Of a stretch of 64,000 nucleotides of DNA, positions 47,136 through 58,335 are shown one piece after another. The stretch is taken from IMG/VR virus record IMGVR_UViG_2718218131_000002. The stretch is one strand, 5' to 3'. The notes under the pieces are model-generated. The model made no database searches. It was not told the DNA's origin and worked only from the letters and a program-made list of their open reading frames with translations. The stretch's first letter is position 1. Each line of letters begins with the position of its first letter. The translations under genes and the position numbers were made by a program. Source of the stretch: a virus. Lineage: Duplodnaviria > Heunggongvirae > Uroviricota > Caudoviricetes.

Positions 47136-47975
47136 CTTATTCAGCAGACGAGAAGCGCGCCAGTAAACCAGCAACATCAGGCCCATTACGATAGTCAGCG
47201 TAATGCTGGTGGCTGCACCAAACGGCCAGTCACGAATATTGAGGAACTGTACCTTGATGACGTTACCGATCAGCAGGTTTTTCGCACCGCCCATCAGGTC
47301 GGACACATAGAACAGGCCCATCGCTGGCAGCATCACCAGCAGACATCCGGCAATAATTCCCGGCATCGTCAGTGGAATAATGATACGGATAAAAGTCTGT
47401 AACTTGCTGGCACCGAGATCGCGCGCCGCCTCAAGCAACGGCTTATCCAGTTTTTCGATACTGGAGTACAGCGGCATCACCATAAACGGTAGCAGAATGT
47501 AAACCAGACCGATAATCACCGCACTGGGCGTGAACATGATACGAATTGGTGTGTCGATAACGCCCAGCCAGAGCAAAAACTCGTTGAGATAGCCTTTGGT
47601 GCTGAGGAAAATTTTCAGCCCGTAGATGCGAATCAGTGAGTTGGTCCAGAAGGGAACAATCAGCAGAAACAGCAGCAGCGGACGCACCTTGTGTGGCAGC
47701 TTCGCCAGAAACCAGGCAAACGGGTAGCCCAGCACCAGGCAGGCGAGGGTGGCGATCAGCGCCATATTCAGCGAGTGCAATAGCACTTCAAAATAGAGCG
47801 GATCGAGCAGACGCGTGTAGTTATCCAGCGTAAAGACCATTTTGACGAAACTGGCGTCGTCGCGGGTCAAAAAGCTGGTGCCAATGATCATCAGGTTGGG
47901 CAGAAAGACAAACAACACAAGCCAACCGACAATAGTGACAATCACTACATTCTGGAACTTACTTGTGTTCTTCAT
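47112..47975 (-). CDS. potB: spermidine/putrescine ABC transporter permease PotB (3' end altered)
   Basis: Near-identical to E. coli PotB across the core. Confidence 0.9.
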
Positions 47976-49095
47976 CAGCCAGTACGACCTCCCAGCTTTC
48001 TACCCAATTAATGGCCATTTTTTGGTCGAGAGAGTGGTCAAAGTCAGGGTCGTCTTCATTGAAGAATTCGCTGACCATCACCATCTTGCCATTTTCCAGT
48101 TCAACAACCGACTCCAGCGTCATGCCTTTGTAGTTACGCTCACGAACGTAACCAATCAGCCCTTCAGCGTGGTTGTCGTCGTTAATCTCTTCAACACGTA
48201 AGTCTTCCGGGCGCAGCAGAACATGCAGTTTTTGCCCCGGTTCAACGGCGAAGTTAACGTAGATATTACATTCGCGGCCTTCAACGTTGGCGCGTACGCG
48301 CTGCTCGTCTAGACGTTCGATGACAGTGGCGTTAAACATATTGATTTCGCCAATGAAGCCGGCAACAAACAGGTTTTTCGGCTCTTCGTAAATTTCGCGC
48401 GGTGTACCATCTTGCTCAATACGACCCTCGCGCATCACCACAATCCTGTCTGACATGGTGAGCGCTTCTTCCTGATCGTGAGTGACAAAGACGAAGGTAA
48501 TACCAAGCTTACGCTGTAACGCTTTCAGCTCGTTCTGCATTTGCTTACGCAGTTTGTAATCCAGCGCTGAGAGCGACTCATCCAGCAACAACAGACGAGG
48601 CTTGTTAACCACCGCGCGAGCAATGGCGACGCGTTGCTGTTGACCACCAGAGAGCTGATGCGGTTTACGTTGAGCGAAGGTTTCCAGTTGCACCATCCGC
48701 AGGGCTTCCATCACGCGGGGCGTAATTTCAGCAGCGGGGGTTTTTTGCATGCGCAACCCAAAGGCCACATTTTCGAACACGGTCATGTGGGGGAAAAGTG
48801 CGTAGCTTTGGAAAACAGTGTTCACATAGCGGTTTTCCGCCGGAACGTGGGTGATGTCCTCGTTATCCAGCATGATGCGTCCGGAATCAACAGTTTCCAG
48901 ACCTGCAATCAGGCGAAGAACGGTTGTTTTACCGCAGCCAGAAGGGCCAAGCAGCGTGAGGAACTCGCCATTGTTGATAGTCAGATCCAGCTGGGGAATG
49001 ACCTCTTTACCATCAAAGCATTTGCGAATTCCCGCCAATTGCACCAGCGGTGAAAGCGAACTCGGTTGTTTATTCAATTTTTTACTCTGTCCCAT
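47959..49095 (-). CDS. potA: spermidine/putrescine ABC transporter ATPase PotA
   Basis: 378 aa; Walker A GPSGCGKT and LSGGQQQR signature. Confidence 0.95.
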   Translation of the reverse strand: MGQSKKLNKQPSSLSPLVQLAGIRKCFDGKEVIPQLDLTINNGEFLTLLGPSGCGKTTVLRLIAGLETVDSGRIMLDNEDITHVPAENRYVNTVFQSYALFPHMTVFENVAFGLRMQKTPAAEITPRVMEALRMVQLETFAQRKPHQLSGGQQQRVAIARAVVNKPRLLLLDESLSALDYKLRKQMQNELKALQRKLGITFVFVTHDQEEALTMSDRIVVMREGRIEQDGTPREIYEEPKNLFVAGFIGEINMFNATVIERLDEQRVRANVEGRECNIYVNFAVEPGQKLHVLLRPEDLRVEEINDDNHAEGLIGYVRERNYKGMTLESVVELENGKMVMVSEFFNEDDPDFDHSLDQKMAINWVESWEVVLADEEHK

Positions 49096-49344
49096 GTAAA
49101 CGCAACGGATGGCTTACCGATGCGGGGTTTGTGGTTAACCACCTTGGTGACTCTTAATGAGGGCGGTAATTCTACGGCAAACCGCTTGAATCGCCAATCT
49201 TTGTTGTGAATTACTGGCTTAGCTTTATATTCATTAAGGTAATGCTGATAAATATTCCCGCTTGCAGGGGTAAAAGTGACCTGACGCAATATTTGTCTTT
49301 TCTTGCTTCTTAATAATGTTGTCACAAAAAGTGAGGGTGACTAC

Positions 49345-50571
49345 ATGGATAAACTACTTGAGCGATTTTTGAACTACGTGTCTCTGGATACCCAATCAAA
49401 AGCAGGGGTGAGACAGGTTCCCAGCACGGAAGGCCAATGGAAGTTATTGCATCTGCTGAAAGAGCAGCTCGAAGAAATGGGGCTTATCAATGTGACCTTA
49501 AGTGAGAAGGGCACTTTGATGGCGACGTTACCGGCTAACGTCCCTGGCGATATCCCGGCGATTGGCTTTATTTCTCATGTGGATACCTCACCGGATTGCA
49601 GCGGCAAAAATGTTAATCCGCAAATTGTTGAAAACTATCGCGGTGGCGATATTGCGCTGGGTATCGGCGATGAAGTTTTATCACCGGTTATGTTCCCGGT
49701 GCTGCATCAGCTACTGGGTCAGACGTTGATTACCACCGATGGTAAAACCTTGTTAGGTGCCGATGACAAAGCCGGTATTGCAGAAATCATGACCGCGCTG
49801 GCGGTATTGCAACAGAAAAACATTCCGCATGGTGATATTCGCGTCGCCTTTACCCCGGATGAAGAAGTGGGCAAAGGGGCGAAACATTTTGATGTTGATG
49901 CCTTCGATGCCCGCTGGGCTTACACTGTTGACGGTGGTGGCGTAGGCGAACTGGAGTTTGAAAACTTCAACGCCGCATCGGTCAATATCAAAATTGTCGG
50001 TAACAATGTTCATCCGGGCACGGCGAAAGGAGTGATGGTAAATGCGCTGTCGCTGGCGGCACGTATTCATGCGGAAGTTCCGGCGGATGAAAGCCCGGAA
50101 ATGACAGAAGGCTATGAAGGTTTCTATCACCTGGCGAGCATGAAAGGCACCGTTGACCGAGCCGATATGCACTACATCATCCGTGATTTCGACCGTAAAC
50201 AGTTTGAAGCGCGTAAACGTAAAATGATGGAGATCGCCAAAAAAGTGGGCAAAGGGTTACATCCTGATTGCTACATTGAACTGGTGATTGAAGACAGTTA
50301 CTACAATATGCGCGAGAAAGTGGTTGAGCATCCGCATATTCTCGATATCGCCCAGCAGGCGATGCGTGACTGCGATATTGAACCGGAACTGAAACCGATC
50401 CGCGGCGGTACCGACGGCGCGCAGTTGTCGTTTATGGGATTACCGTGCCCGAACCTGTTCACTGGCGGTTACAACTATCATGGTAAGCATGAGTTTGTGA
50501 CTCTGGAAGGTATGGAAAAAGCGGTGCAGGTGATCGTCCGTATTGCCGAGTTAACGGCGCAACGGAAGTAA
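49345..50571 (+). CDS. pepT: peptidase T (tripeptide aminopeptidase)
   Basis: [19 protein letters not shown]... matches E. coli PepT. Confidence 0.95.
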   Translation: MDKLLERFLNYVSLDTQSKAGVRQVPSTEGQWKLLHLLKEQLEEMGLINVTLSEKGTLMATLPANVPGDIPAIGFISHVDTSPDCSGKNVNPQIVENYRGGDIALGIGDEVLSPVMFPVLHQLLGQTLITTDGKTLLGADDKAGIAEIMTALAVLQQKNIPHGDIRVAFTPDEEVGKGAKHFDVDAFDARWAYTVDGGGVGELEFENFNAASVNIKIVGNNVHPGTAKGVMVNALSLAARIHAEVPADESPEMTEGYEGFYHLASMKGTVDRADMHYIIRDFDRKQFEARKRKMMEIAKKVGKGLHPDCYIELVIEDSYYNMREKVVEHPHILDIAQQAMRDCDIEPELKPIRGGTDGAQLSFMGLPCPNLFTGGYNYHGKHEFVTLEGMEKAVQVIVRIAELTAQRK

Positions 50572-50619
50572 GCGAAAAGGGATGCGGCATGTGATGCCGC
50601 ATCCGGCTTAAATCCAAAC

Positions 50620-51741
50620 TTACCCTTCGAAGAACCAGTATCCGCTATTGACCAGCGCCGCGAGCATCGCGAGGAATGACGGATCTTCCAGCGCATCGCC
50701 AAAATTCTCCGCGGTCAGCGCAATGTTGCTGGCGAGTGCATCCAGTGCCGGACGGTGCGGGGAATCGATCTTCTCACCATTGGCATACACGTCGTCGCCA
50801 ATGCGCAATACGCGCAGACCACCCAGGCGCACCAGCACATCACCTTGTTTCAGCGCATCGTAGATTTCATCTGGCTGATAAGGCGGTTCCGGCGGCGCGA
50901 TATCCAGTTCATGACGTGACTGGGATATAAACTCGCCAAACCATTGCTTAAAGTGTTCCGGCTGGTTGATCAATTCGAGCATCATCTCACGCAGTTTATC
51001 CATTTCTTGCGGCAGAACGTCCGCAGGATGAGCGCGAGGTGGAACATCCGGATCGCTGTAGTAGTTGCCGCCCAGTTCACGTTGCAGCACATAATCGGCA
51101 AATCCGCTAATTAATTCCCGCGTATTTGGCGCGCGAAAACCCACGGAATAGTTCATCGCATTTTCCAGCGCGTAGCCTTCATGCGGGAATCCTGGCGGAA
51201 TATAAAGAATATCGCCAGGCTCCAGCTCTTCATCGATGATGGCTTCGAACGGATCGACCTGTAACAGATCCGGGTGTGGGCAGTGCTGTTTCATTTGCAG
51301 CTTTTCGCCCACTCGCCAGCGACGACGTCCGGTACCCTGAATGATAAACACGTCGTACTGATCGAGATGCGGGCCGACGCCGCCGCCAGGTACAGAAAAA
51401 GAGATCATCAGATCATCAATACGCCAGTCCGGTAGTTCACGGAACGGTCGCATCAGCGCGGCGGTCGGCTCATGCCAGTGATTTACTGCTTGCACTAACA
51501 ATGACCAGTTAGTTTCACCGAGATGATCGTAGCTTTCGAACGGACCGTGGCTGACCTGCCATTTGCCATCCTGGTGACTGACCAGTCGACTGTCGACTTC
51601 GCTTTCCATCGCCAGACCCGCCAACTCGTCTGGAGAGATCGGGTCAATAAAATTATTAAAGCCGCGTTTTAACACCACCGGGCGTTTCTGCCAGTGACGT
51701 TCAAGAAAATCGGGCCAGTTAAGAGTGAGTTGGTATTCCAT
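50620..51741 (-). CDS. roxA: ribosomal protein uL16 arginine hydroxylase RoxA (YcfD)
   Basis: MEYQLTLNWPDFLERHWQKRP..., cupin/JmjC-like. Confidence 0.9.
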   Translation of the reverse strand: MEYQLTLNWPDFLERHWQKRPVVLKRGFNNFIDPISPDELAGLAMESEVDSRLVSHQDGKWQVSHGPFESYDHLGETNWSLLVQAVNHWHEPTAALMRPFRELPDWRIDDLMISFSVPGGGVGPHLDQYDVFIIQGTGRRRWRVGEKLQMKQHCPHPDLLQVDPFEAIIDEELEPGDILYIPPGFPHEGYALENAMNYSVGFRAPNTRELISGFADYVLQRELGGNYYSDPDVPPRAHPADVLPQEMDKLREMMLELINQPEHFKQWFGEFISQSRHELDIAPPEPPYQPDEIYDALKQGDVLVRLGGLRVLRIGDDVYANGEKIDSPHRPALDALASNIALTAENFGDALEDPSFLAMLAALVNSGYWFFEG

Positions 51742-51968
51742 GTTAAGCATCCACAGGCTGGTATCTGCAACCGATTATAACGGATGCTTAACGTAATGCG
51801 TGAAGTATGGACATACTTTATCAATTAGTGTTTTTTGCCGTTTCATAATGTTTCAGGTTGTGCATTATGTTTTTGATTATAAACAAATTTGTGATTTTTC
51901 TTGTTCCAGCTTGTTTCACGTTGTAGCCCTTTGTGCAACGATCGGTGTAGTTAATGGTGTAGTTAATT

Positions 51969-53219
51969 GTGATGACCGGATTCAAAATTATGAGCAGAGC
52001 ACTTAACAAGCTGAGCGATACACAGCTAAGGAAAATCAACGGCACACCCGCCCAAAAAACAGCCTTTCTTAATGACGGTGGAAACTTGAGCGTCAGGCAT
52101 TCAACCAGCGGCCTTTTAACCTGGTATTTCACTTACAGGGCCGGAACGGGAAGGGGGGCATCACCGGAACGCATTAAGCTGGGAAATTATCCTGATCTGA
52201 GCCTGAAATCAGCCAGGGAAAAAGCCGCCCAGTGTCGCGCATGGCTGGCTGAGGGGAAAAATCCACGTCATGAGATGAATTACACCGTACAGGAAGCGTT
52301 AAAGCCTGTAACGGTTGGCGATGCGCTCACCTACTGGCTTGAGTCGTACGCAAAGGAAAACCGTGTGGATTATGACCCACTGAAAAAGCGGCTAAATAAT
52401 CACGTAATACAGCACATTGGCCCTATGCCGCTGGATAAATGCGAGCTACGGCACTGGCTGGCCTGTTTTGATCGGGTGGCAAAGCAAGCCCCTGTTTCCG
52501 CCGGGTTCCTGCTACAGACATGCAAACAGGCGCTTAAGTTCTGCCGGAAGCGGCGCTATGCAATCAGCAACGTTCTTGATGATATGAGTGTGGCTGACGT
52601 TGGGAAAAAACCGGATATAGGCGAACGTGTCTTAAGCACCAAAGAACTGGGCCAATTATTGCAGGCACTGGACAAAAAAATATTTTCCCCTTACTACGTC
52701 GCACTAATCCGCCTCCTGATTGTTTTCGGATGCCGGACAGTAGAACTGAGGTTATCGGAGATCGGCGAGTGGGATTTTACCGAAATGCTCTGGACCGTTC
52801 CGAAGGAGCACAGCAAAACGAAGGTGGCCATATTCCGGCCCATACCGGAAGCGATACTGCCGTTCATCACGCAGCTGGTGGAGCAGAACAGGCACACGGG
52901 CTTATTGCTGGGGGAAGTGAAACAGGAAACCAGCGTGTCGCAGTACGGCAGATTAGTGCACAGGAGGCTTAAACACCCTCACTGGTCACTGCATGACATC
53001 CGGCGCACCTTTACAACGATGCTGAACGATTTAGGCGTGGATCCTCACGTCGTGGAGCAGCTTACAGGCCACCAGATGCCAGGAATGCAGCGAGTTTATA
53101 ATCATTCCCGTTATCTGGATGCGAAACGCAATGCGCTGGATATGTGGGTGGAGCGGTTGGAGATACTGGCGGGAGCACATGAAAACGTAACCACGCTACC
53201 AGTATCCAGAAGAAAATAA
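51969..53219 (+). CDS. int: tyrosine integrase (P4-like)
   Basis: C-terminal catalytic region with R...HDIRRTF...Y; adjacent to the left repeat; true start may be 51990. Confidence 0.85.
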   Translation: MMTGFKIMSRALNKLSDTQLRKINGTPAQKTAFLNDGGNLSVRHSTSGLLTWYFTYRAGTGRGASPERIKLGNYPDLSLKSAREKAAQCRAWLAEGKNPRHEMNYTVQEALKPVTVGDALTYWLESYAKENRVDYDPLKKRLNNHVIQHIGPMPLDKCELRHWLACFDRVAKQAPVSAGFLLQTCKQALKFCRKRRYAISNVLDDMSVADVGKKPDIGERVLSTKELGQLLQALDKKIFSPYYVALIRLLIVFGCRTVELRLSEIGEWDFTEMLWTVPKEHSKTKVAIFRPIPEAILPFITQLVEQNRHTGLLLGEVKQETSVSQYGRLVHRRLKHPHWSLHDIRRTFTTMLNDLGVDPHVVEQLTGHQMPGMQRVYNHSRYLDAKRNALDMWVERLEILAGAHENVTTLPVSRRK

Positions 53220-53593
53220 TTTTTTTCGTGTTTTTTCAGTATGCGCATACTGGATAAGTGCACAGATACAACGTGAAACAATACGCAACAACGTGAAACA
53301 ACCACGAACAAGAGGCCAAAAAGTATACAGATTTATAAGTTGCTGATTTTTAATGATCAACTGGTTTTTTATACATTAGCGAATAACGCTTTAAATAGTG
53401 AGAAAAAAGGCATAAAACGAGATTTTATGCCTTTGCATAACACTGAATTAAAATATATTTTATTAAAATAACCCCGTTTCTGTAAAATACCCGCCACCAA
53501 CATTTGCCAACTCTGAATCACCCTGACACAATCAGACACATCCCAACGCAATAGAACACGAAATAACTCTTTAAGAAACGAAAGGGGGCAATA

Positions 53594-53782
53594 GTGTTAA
53601 GCACTGATCGGTTTATACGTGAAAAAGAATGCGAAAAGCTAACAGGCCTTAGCCGCTCATGCCGCTACCGCCTGGAAAAGGCCGGACAATTCCCATCACG
53701 GCGTAAGCTGGGCGGTCGTTCCGTTGGCTGGTCTTTATCCGAAGTTCTGGCATGGAAGGACAGCTGCGAGGCAGTTCACTAA
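53594..53782 (+). CDS. alpA: AlpA-family excisionase/transcriptional regulator
   Basis: 62 aa from GTG with good SD; HTH LTGLSRSCRYRLEKAGQFPSRRKLGGRSVGWSLSEV. Confidence 0.7.
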   Translation: MLSTDRFIREKECEKLTGLSRSCRYRLEKAGQFPSRRKLGGRSVGWSLSEVLAWKDSCEAVH

Positions 53783-54109
53783 TCAGGCTGGCGGCACACA
53801 GCCGCCACGCATCCACTAATACAGAGATCTAACCATGAATACTGGATATACGCCCGAACAGGGGCGGGGCTTCGTTCGGCCTGGTGAAACTGAAAAACAA
53901 CAAAATCGCGGTTTTTCAGACATAAAAAAAGCGGCCCCGATAAGGAGCCGCCTTTCTGAACAATTAACCTACTGCGCAAAAAATGAATCTGAGCAGGGGA
54001 ATTATATCAGCCAGGTGACGAAGCGCCACAATTGCCGGATAACGGGCAAAGAAAAGGCCACCTGTCACGGTGGCCAATGTGATCAGTGTGGTGGTTTGCT
54101 GGTGGATTG

Positions 54110-54289
54110 TCAGCCTTTTGGCACAATACCGCGCTGTTGTAATTCTTTACGGATTATTCGCTTTATCCAGGCAGCAAGAGAATCATCGCCGTCCTGTTGT
54201 TGTGCTTTTTCCATCTTTTCCCGTAAGTCAGGATCTAAACGAAACTGGAACGGAGGATTACCACGCCTTTCGTTTTTGTGTGTTGACAC
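54110..54289 (-). CDS. small YlcI/YnfO-like (DUF3950-type) protein, GTG start
   Basis: 59-aa ORF (VSTHKNERRGNPPFQFRLDPDLREKMEKAQQQDGDDSLAAWIKRI) not in the supplied track; paralogous to the 18116-18340 protein. Confidence 0.35.
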   Translation of the reverse strand: MSTHKNERRGNPPFQFRLDPDLREKMEKAQQQDGDDSLAAWIKRIIRKELQQRGIVPKG

Positions 54290-54349
54290 GTTAATTACAC
54301 CTCATGTAATGTATTTATGTGTAGTGACACATTACACACAATCAGCACA

Positions 54350-54480
54350 AAAAGCAAAGCCCCGCAAGTGTCGTTACCACTGGCAGGGCTTATAACCACA
54401 AACCGTTATGAGAGGTAGTTTTATGGCTGTAAGACAGCATACCCCACGCCTAGCGCACACACAAACGGCCTTTGTGTGGC
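54350..54480 (+). repeat. copy 1 of a ~125-bp imperfect direct repeat (hairpin AAGCCC...GGGCTT plus start of an Icd-like ORF)
   Basis: Near-identical to 55088-55225. Confidence 0.6.
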
Positions 54481-54511
54481 GTAATCGATTTCATGATTTC
54501 ACTTTTCACAA

Positions 54512-54739
54512 TCAGCCAGGCGGTCGGTTTTTGCCGGATTTAAGCCGCCGTGGGTATTTATCGACAAAATCTTCAAGGGCAAATTTTTCTGGTGGCACTA
54601 AGCGCGGCGCTGGTGGTGGTATTTTTGTTCTGGTTAGTTCTTCCTCAAGTCTGGCGCAGGCTTCTGACTGCCTTTGCCGGATGATTTCATCATCTTGCGT
54701 TTGCGTGTCTTGTATTGGTGATAGTGTGTTGTTGGTCAT
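54512..54739 (-). CDS. hypothetical protein
   Basis: 75-aa ORF downstream of the RHH gene on the minus strand. Confidence 0.3.
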   Translation of the reverse strand: MTNNTLSPIQDTQTQDDEIIRQRQSEACARLEEELTRTKIPPPAPRLVPPEKFALEDFVDKYPRRLKSGKNRPPG

Positions 54740-54796
54740 GATACTGCCCTGTAAAGCAATGCGCCGTAGTACCTCACACCACGGCGCTAGTGATGG

Positions 54797-54976
54797 TTAC
54801 TCCTGCTCTTTGGCCTTCCTGCGCTGGCGGCGTTTGATCTCGCCTTGCATTGACGCAATGATGAATTGTGATGTGCTTTCGCCTGATTCTTTCACTAATT
54901 CCATGGCGTTTACTATTTCGTGTGGTACACGAGCCTTTAGAGCTTGTGATTTTGCGTTTGTTGTACCCGTTGCCAT
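54797..54976 (-). CDS. ribbon-helix-helix DNA-binding protein (putative island repressor)
   Basis: MATGTTNAKSQALKARVPHEIVNAMELVKESGESTSQFIIASMQGEI fits a strand-helix-helix pattern; divergent from the operator-like repeats. Confidence 0.45.
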   Translation of the reverse strand: MATGTTNAKSQALKARVPHEIVNAMELVKESGESTSQFIIASMQGEIKRRQRRKAKEQE

Positions 54977-55042
54977 TTCTATTCCTCTGTTGGATTGGTG
55001 GGGGACAGTATACACAGAAAAAGCACAAATAAAACCCTTGAC

Positions 55043-55078
55043 GTGGACCACACCTAAAGAATATAGTGGGCCACACCT
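55043..55078. promoter_or_regulatory. two direct operator-like repeats GTGG(A/G)CCACACCT flanking a candidate -10 of the RHH gene promoter
   Basis: Repeats at 55043-55055 and 55066-55078; minus-strand TTGACA...TATATT promoter overlaps. Confidence 0.35.
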
Positions 55079-55087
55079 TAAGGTTGT

Positions 55088-55225
55088 CAAGGTGCATAAA
55101 TGCAAAGCCCCGCAAGTGTCGTTACCACTCGCAGGGCTTATAACCACAAACCGTTAACAGGAGTAACGATTATGGCTGGAACACAGCATACCCCACGCCT
55201 TGCGCACACACAAACCGCCTTTGTG
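55088..55225 (+). repeat. copy 2 of the ~125-bp imperfect direct repeat
   Basis: Same hairpin, SD and first ~20 codons as copy 1. Confidence 0.6.
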
Positions 55226-55369
55226 TGGCGTTTTCTGGCACTGAGTGCCGGAGAATCTCAAATTATCCACGTGACCGCCTGGACGGAACGCGAAGCGCGT
55301 AACCGTTGCCCGTCCGGTTGTGTCGCTGTATTCGCCGCCCGTATTCGTCAGGAGGTGTGCCATGCCTGA
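55172..55369 (+). CDS. small Icd-like protein (P4-type cell-division-inhibitor family, tentative)
   Basis: 65 aa (MAGTQHTPRLAHTQTAFVWRFLALSAGESQIIHVTAWTEREARNRC...); stop overlaps the next gene start. Confidence 0.4.
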   Translation: MAGTQHTPRLAHTQTAFVWRFLALSAGESQIIHVTAWTEREARNRCPSGCVAVFAARIRQEVCHA

Positions 55370-55682
55370 TATGTCAAATTACCAGTACCTGATTAATCCG
55401 CATTTTAACTGTGAGCATGATATTGCTAAAAAGGTTTATTCTGCTGCGGATGAGGCTACTGACAATATATCAATGGCTGTTGCGTCAATTGGTAGCCTGA
55501 TGTGGTATGCGTCAGAAAATGAGGAATATGACGAAAAGGCTATGCGCATTGACATGGGGAATATTGGCTTGTTACTGGCAATGCTTGGGCAGTTTGATAT
55601 TTCGTTACGGTGCACCATTGAAAATGCCACAGATGCATTAAATGCCATAAAGAAAGCGAATACTGATTCAAATCGGGGATAA
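55362..55682 (+). CDS. hypothetical satellite protein
   Basis: 106-aa ORF with strong SD (AGGAGG). Confidence 0.35.
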   Translation: MPDMSNYQYLINPHFNCEHDIAKKVYSAADEATDNISMAVASIGSLMWYASENEEYDEKAMRIDMGNIGLLLAMLGQFDISLRCTIENATDALNAIKKANTDSNRG

Positions 55683-55688
55683 ATAATC

Positions 55689-55988
55689 ATGAGAACATAT
55701 TTATCTGGCTTGACTGCCAGCGGTTATGCACACCCAAAAATTATCCCCGGCGCTATTTATCTGGATAAGAACGGTAACAGAGTAACGGTAAAAGAACTGA
55801 TGTTTGACCGTGTTTATTTTATTCGTGATGGATATTCATTTCTTAGTTCGCTGAACGTGGAGATCTTTATTTGCAGATTCCGGCGGGAAATCCCGACTTC
55901 CAGAAATAACCATGTGTCACGTGTGGATGTGGATAAAAAACTACAGGAACTGAAAAACATGATTGCCGCGTGGAGAGAGCAGAAATGA
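55689..55988 (+). CDS. hypothetical satellite protein
   Basis: 99-aa ORF overlapping the primase start. Confidence 0.35.
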   Translation: MRTYLSGLTASGYAHPKIIPGAIYLDKNGNRVTVKELMFDRVYFIRDGYSFLSSLNVEIFICRFRREIPTSRNNHVSRVDVDKKLQELKNMIAAWREQK

Positions 55989-57802
55989 AAAAAGCGCCAA
56001 ATTTAAAACACCAGCCGCGTGACAAAATGACGGAAGTCATCATTTTTGCGGGTAGTGATGCGTGGGCACATGCGAAGCAGTGGCAGGAACAGGACGGGCG
56101 ACTGGCTGGCGATAACGTGCCACCTGTCTGTCTTGGAGAGCAACAACTTGCCGAACTGGACAACCTGCAAATCGTACCGGACGGACGCTATCGCGTGCGT
56201 CTCTACCAGGCGGGGTTATTGCGTCCGGGGCTTGTTAATACCATCGGGCAGAAACTGGCAGCGGCAGGTGTCAGGGATGCTGATTATTACCCTGAAGGAA
56301 TGCACAGCCAGAAACGGGAGAACTGGCGCGAATATCTGGAACGTGAACGGGCAGAGCAGGCGGAAAAGAAAAAGGTAGTTGAACTGCCTGTAAAGAAAAA
56401 AGAGCGGGTAAAAGACGATAACGCTTCATCACTGGCGCTTAACCAGATGGGAGCAAGTCAACGCGGCGAAGTTCTCCTGGCACATTATGGCGGTGAACTG
56501 GCGATTCATGCTGACTCTGACACTGTTCACCATTACAACGGCGTTGTATGGGAGCCAGTACAGGATAAAGAATTACAGCGAGCTATGGCACAGATTTTCA
56601 TTGATGCGGAGATCAGCTATTCGCAGAACGCCATTAAATCGGCGGTCGATACCATGAAGTTAAGTTTGCCTGTAATGGGGAATACAGCCCGTAACCTGAT
56701 TGGATTCAGTAACGGGGTATTTGATACCAGAACAGGTAATTTTCGGGAGCATAACAAAAACGACTGGTTGTTAATTGCCAGTGAATTACCTTTCAGCCCA
56801 CCAGCAGAGGGGGAAACGCTGGCAACACATGCGCCGAATTTCTGGAAGTGGTTACGCCGTTCGGTGGCTGAGAATGACCGCAAGGCGGATCGCGTACTGG
56901 CTGCATTATTCATGGTGCTGGCGAACCGGTACGACTGGCAGTTATTCATTGAGGTAACAGGTCCAGGGGGAAGTGGTAAAAGCGTGATGGCGGAGATTTG
57001 CACCATGCTGGCGGGTAAGGCTAATACAGTATCAGCGAGCATGAAGGCGCTGGAAGATGCAAGGGAACGCGCGTTAGTGGTTGGCTTTTCGCTGATTATC
57101 ATGCCGGATATGACCCGCTACGCTGGTGATGGGGCGGGAATTAAGGCTATTACAGGCGGTGACAAGGTGGCAATCGACCCAAAACATAAAGCCCCATATT
57201 CAACTCGTATCCCGGCAGTAGTGCTGGCGGTTAACAATAACGCTATGTCATTCAGTGACCGCAGTGGGGGGATCTCACGTCGTCGGGTGATATTCAATTT
57301 TTCGGAAGTTGTACCGGAGAACGAACGTGATCCAATGCTGGCGGAAAAAATAGAAGGTGAGCTGGCGGTAGTGATTCGCCATCTGCTTACACGGTTTGCT
57401 GACCAGGACGAAGCCAGACGCCTGTTATATGAGCAGCAGAAATCTGAAGAAGCACTGGCGATAAAGCGAGAGGGGGATTCGCTGGTGGACTTCTGCGGCT
57501 ATCTCATGGCGTCGGTAATGTGTGATGGCCTGTTAGTGGGTAATGCTGAAATTGTGCCATTCAGCCCACGCAGGTATCTCTATCATGCCTATCTGGCTTA
57601 TATGAGGGCACATGGGTTTGGTAAACCTGTAACACTGACGCGCTTCGGTAAAGATATGCCGGGGGCAATGGCGGAATATGGCAGGGAGTATATGAAACGG
57701 AAAACGAAGCACGGTTTGCGTTCAAACGTGACACTGACGGAGGAATCAGAAGACTGGATGCCATCATGTGTATCGGTCACTAATGACGATAGCAAAAATT
57801 AA
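55970..57802 (+). CDS. P4-alpha/D5-type primase-helicase (replication initiator)
   Basis: Walker A VTGPGGSGKS and P4-type primase C-terminal region; followed by iterons. Confidence 0.8.
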   Translation: MERAEMKKAPNLKHQPRDKMTEVIIFAGSDAWAHAKQWQEQDGRLAGDNVPPVCLGEQQLAELDNLQIVPDGRYRVRLYQAGLLRPGLVNTIGQKLAAAGVRDADYYPEGMHSQKRENWREYLERERAEQAEKKKVVELPVKKKERVKDDNASSLALNQMGASQRGEVLLAHYGGELAIHADSDTVHHYNGVVWEPVQDKELQRAMAQIFIDAEISYSQNAIKSAVDTMKLSLPVMGNTARNLIGFSNGVFDTRTGNFREHNKNDWLLIASELPFSPPAEGETLATHAPNFWKWLRRSVAENDRKADRVLAALFMVLANRYDWQLFIEVTGPGGSGKSVMAEICTMLAGKANTVSASMKALEDARERALVVGFSLIIMPDMTRYAGDGAGIKAITGGDKVAIDPKHKAPYSTRIPAVVLAVNNNAMSFSDRSGGISRRRVIFNFSEVVPENERDPMLAEKIEGELAVVIRHLLTRFADQDEARRLLYEQQKSEEALAIKREGDSLVDFCGYLMASVMCDGLLVGNAEIVPFSPRRYLYHAYLAYMRAHGFGKPVTLTRFGKDMPGAMAEYGREYMKRKTKHGLRSNVTLTEESEDWMPSCVSVTNDDSKN

Positions 57803-57815
57803 ACTTATGGAATAA

Positions 57816-58045
57816 CTGTTCACCACTGTTCACCCTGTCATAAATATCTTTTGTATCAGTATGTTATAGGGTGAACAGTTATTTATGAACTGTTCACCAA
57901 ACTATTCACTGTTCACCTTTTTGATTGTTTATTGAGCTTCAAGGGTGAACAGTGGTGAACAGTTGGTGAATAGTTTTTGTGAAACTGTTCACCCCTTAAC
58001 ATTATGAATTAAAAGATAAAATATCAAAAGGTGAACAGGTGAAGG
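57816..58045. repeat. satellite replication origin: at least 9 copies of GGTGAACAG / CTGTTCACC iterons in both orientations
   Basis: Dense iteron cluster immediately 3' of the primase gene. Confidence 0.7.
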
Positions 58046-58089
58046 GTTAAAACGCAAAAATTTTAATTTACTGCTGTGAGATAAAGCCT

Positions 58090-58335
58090 ATGACAGCGAA
58101 GCACATAAAAAAATCACAATCGCACGCCCTTGATTTGACGGAACACTGGTTAAGGGTGTCGATAAAAATCATCGACCGCAACGCCGGGGAAGGATATGCG
58201 AAAGCACATCCCGAACTGATTAGCGCATTCATGACAACGGCAGCTGCAAACTTTGCCACGCTGACAGAACGGGAGATTGCCGAAGCGGAACAGGTGACAA
58301 CCATCAATGTTAAAACCGGAGAGCAGACAGCATGA
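58090..58335 (+). CDS. hypothetical satellite protein
   Basis: 81-aa ORF. Confidence 0.3.
   Translation: MTAKHIKKSQSHALDLTEHWLRVSIKIIDRNAGEGYAKAHPELISAFMTTAAANFATLTEREIAEAEQVTTINVKTGEQTA

Noticed and set aside
53835-55157. Plus-strand ORFs of 186 and 249 aa in the satellite regulatory region
   Set aside because: Low-complexity Cys/Ser-rich translations lying antisense to better-supported small minus-strand genes; only the first ~20 codons of the 249-aa frame are conserved, as part of the direct repeat.
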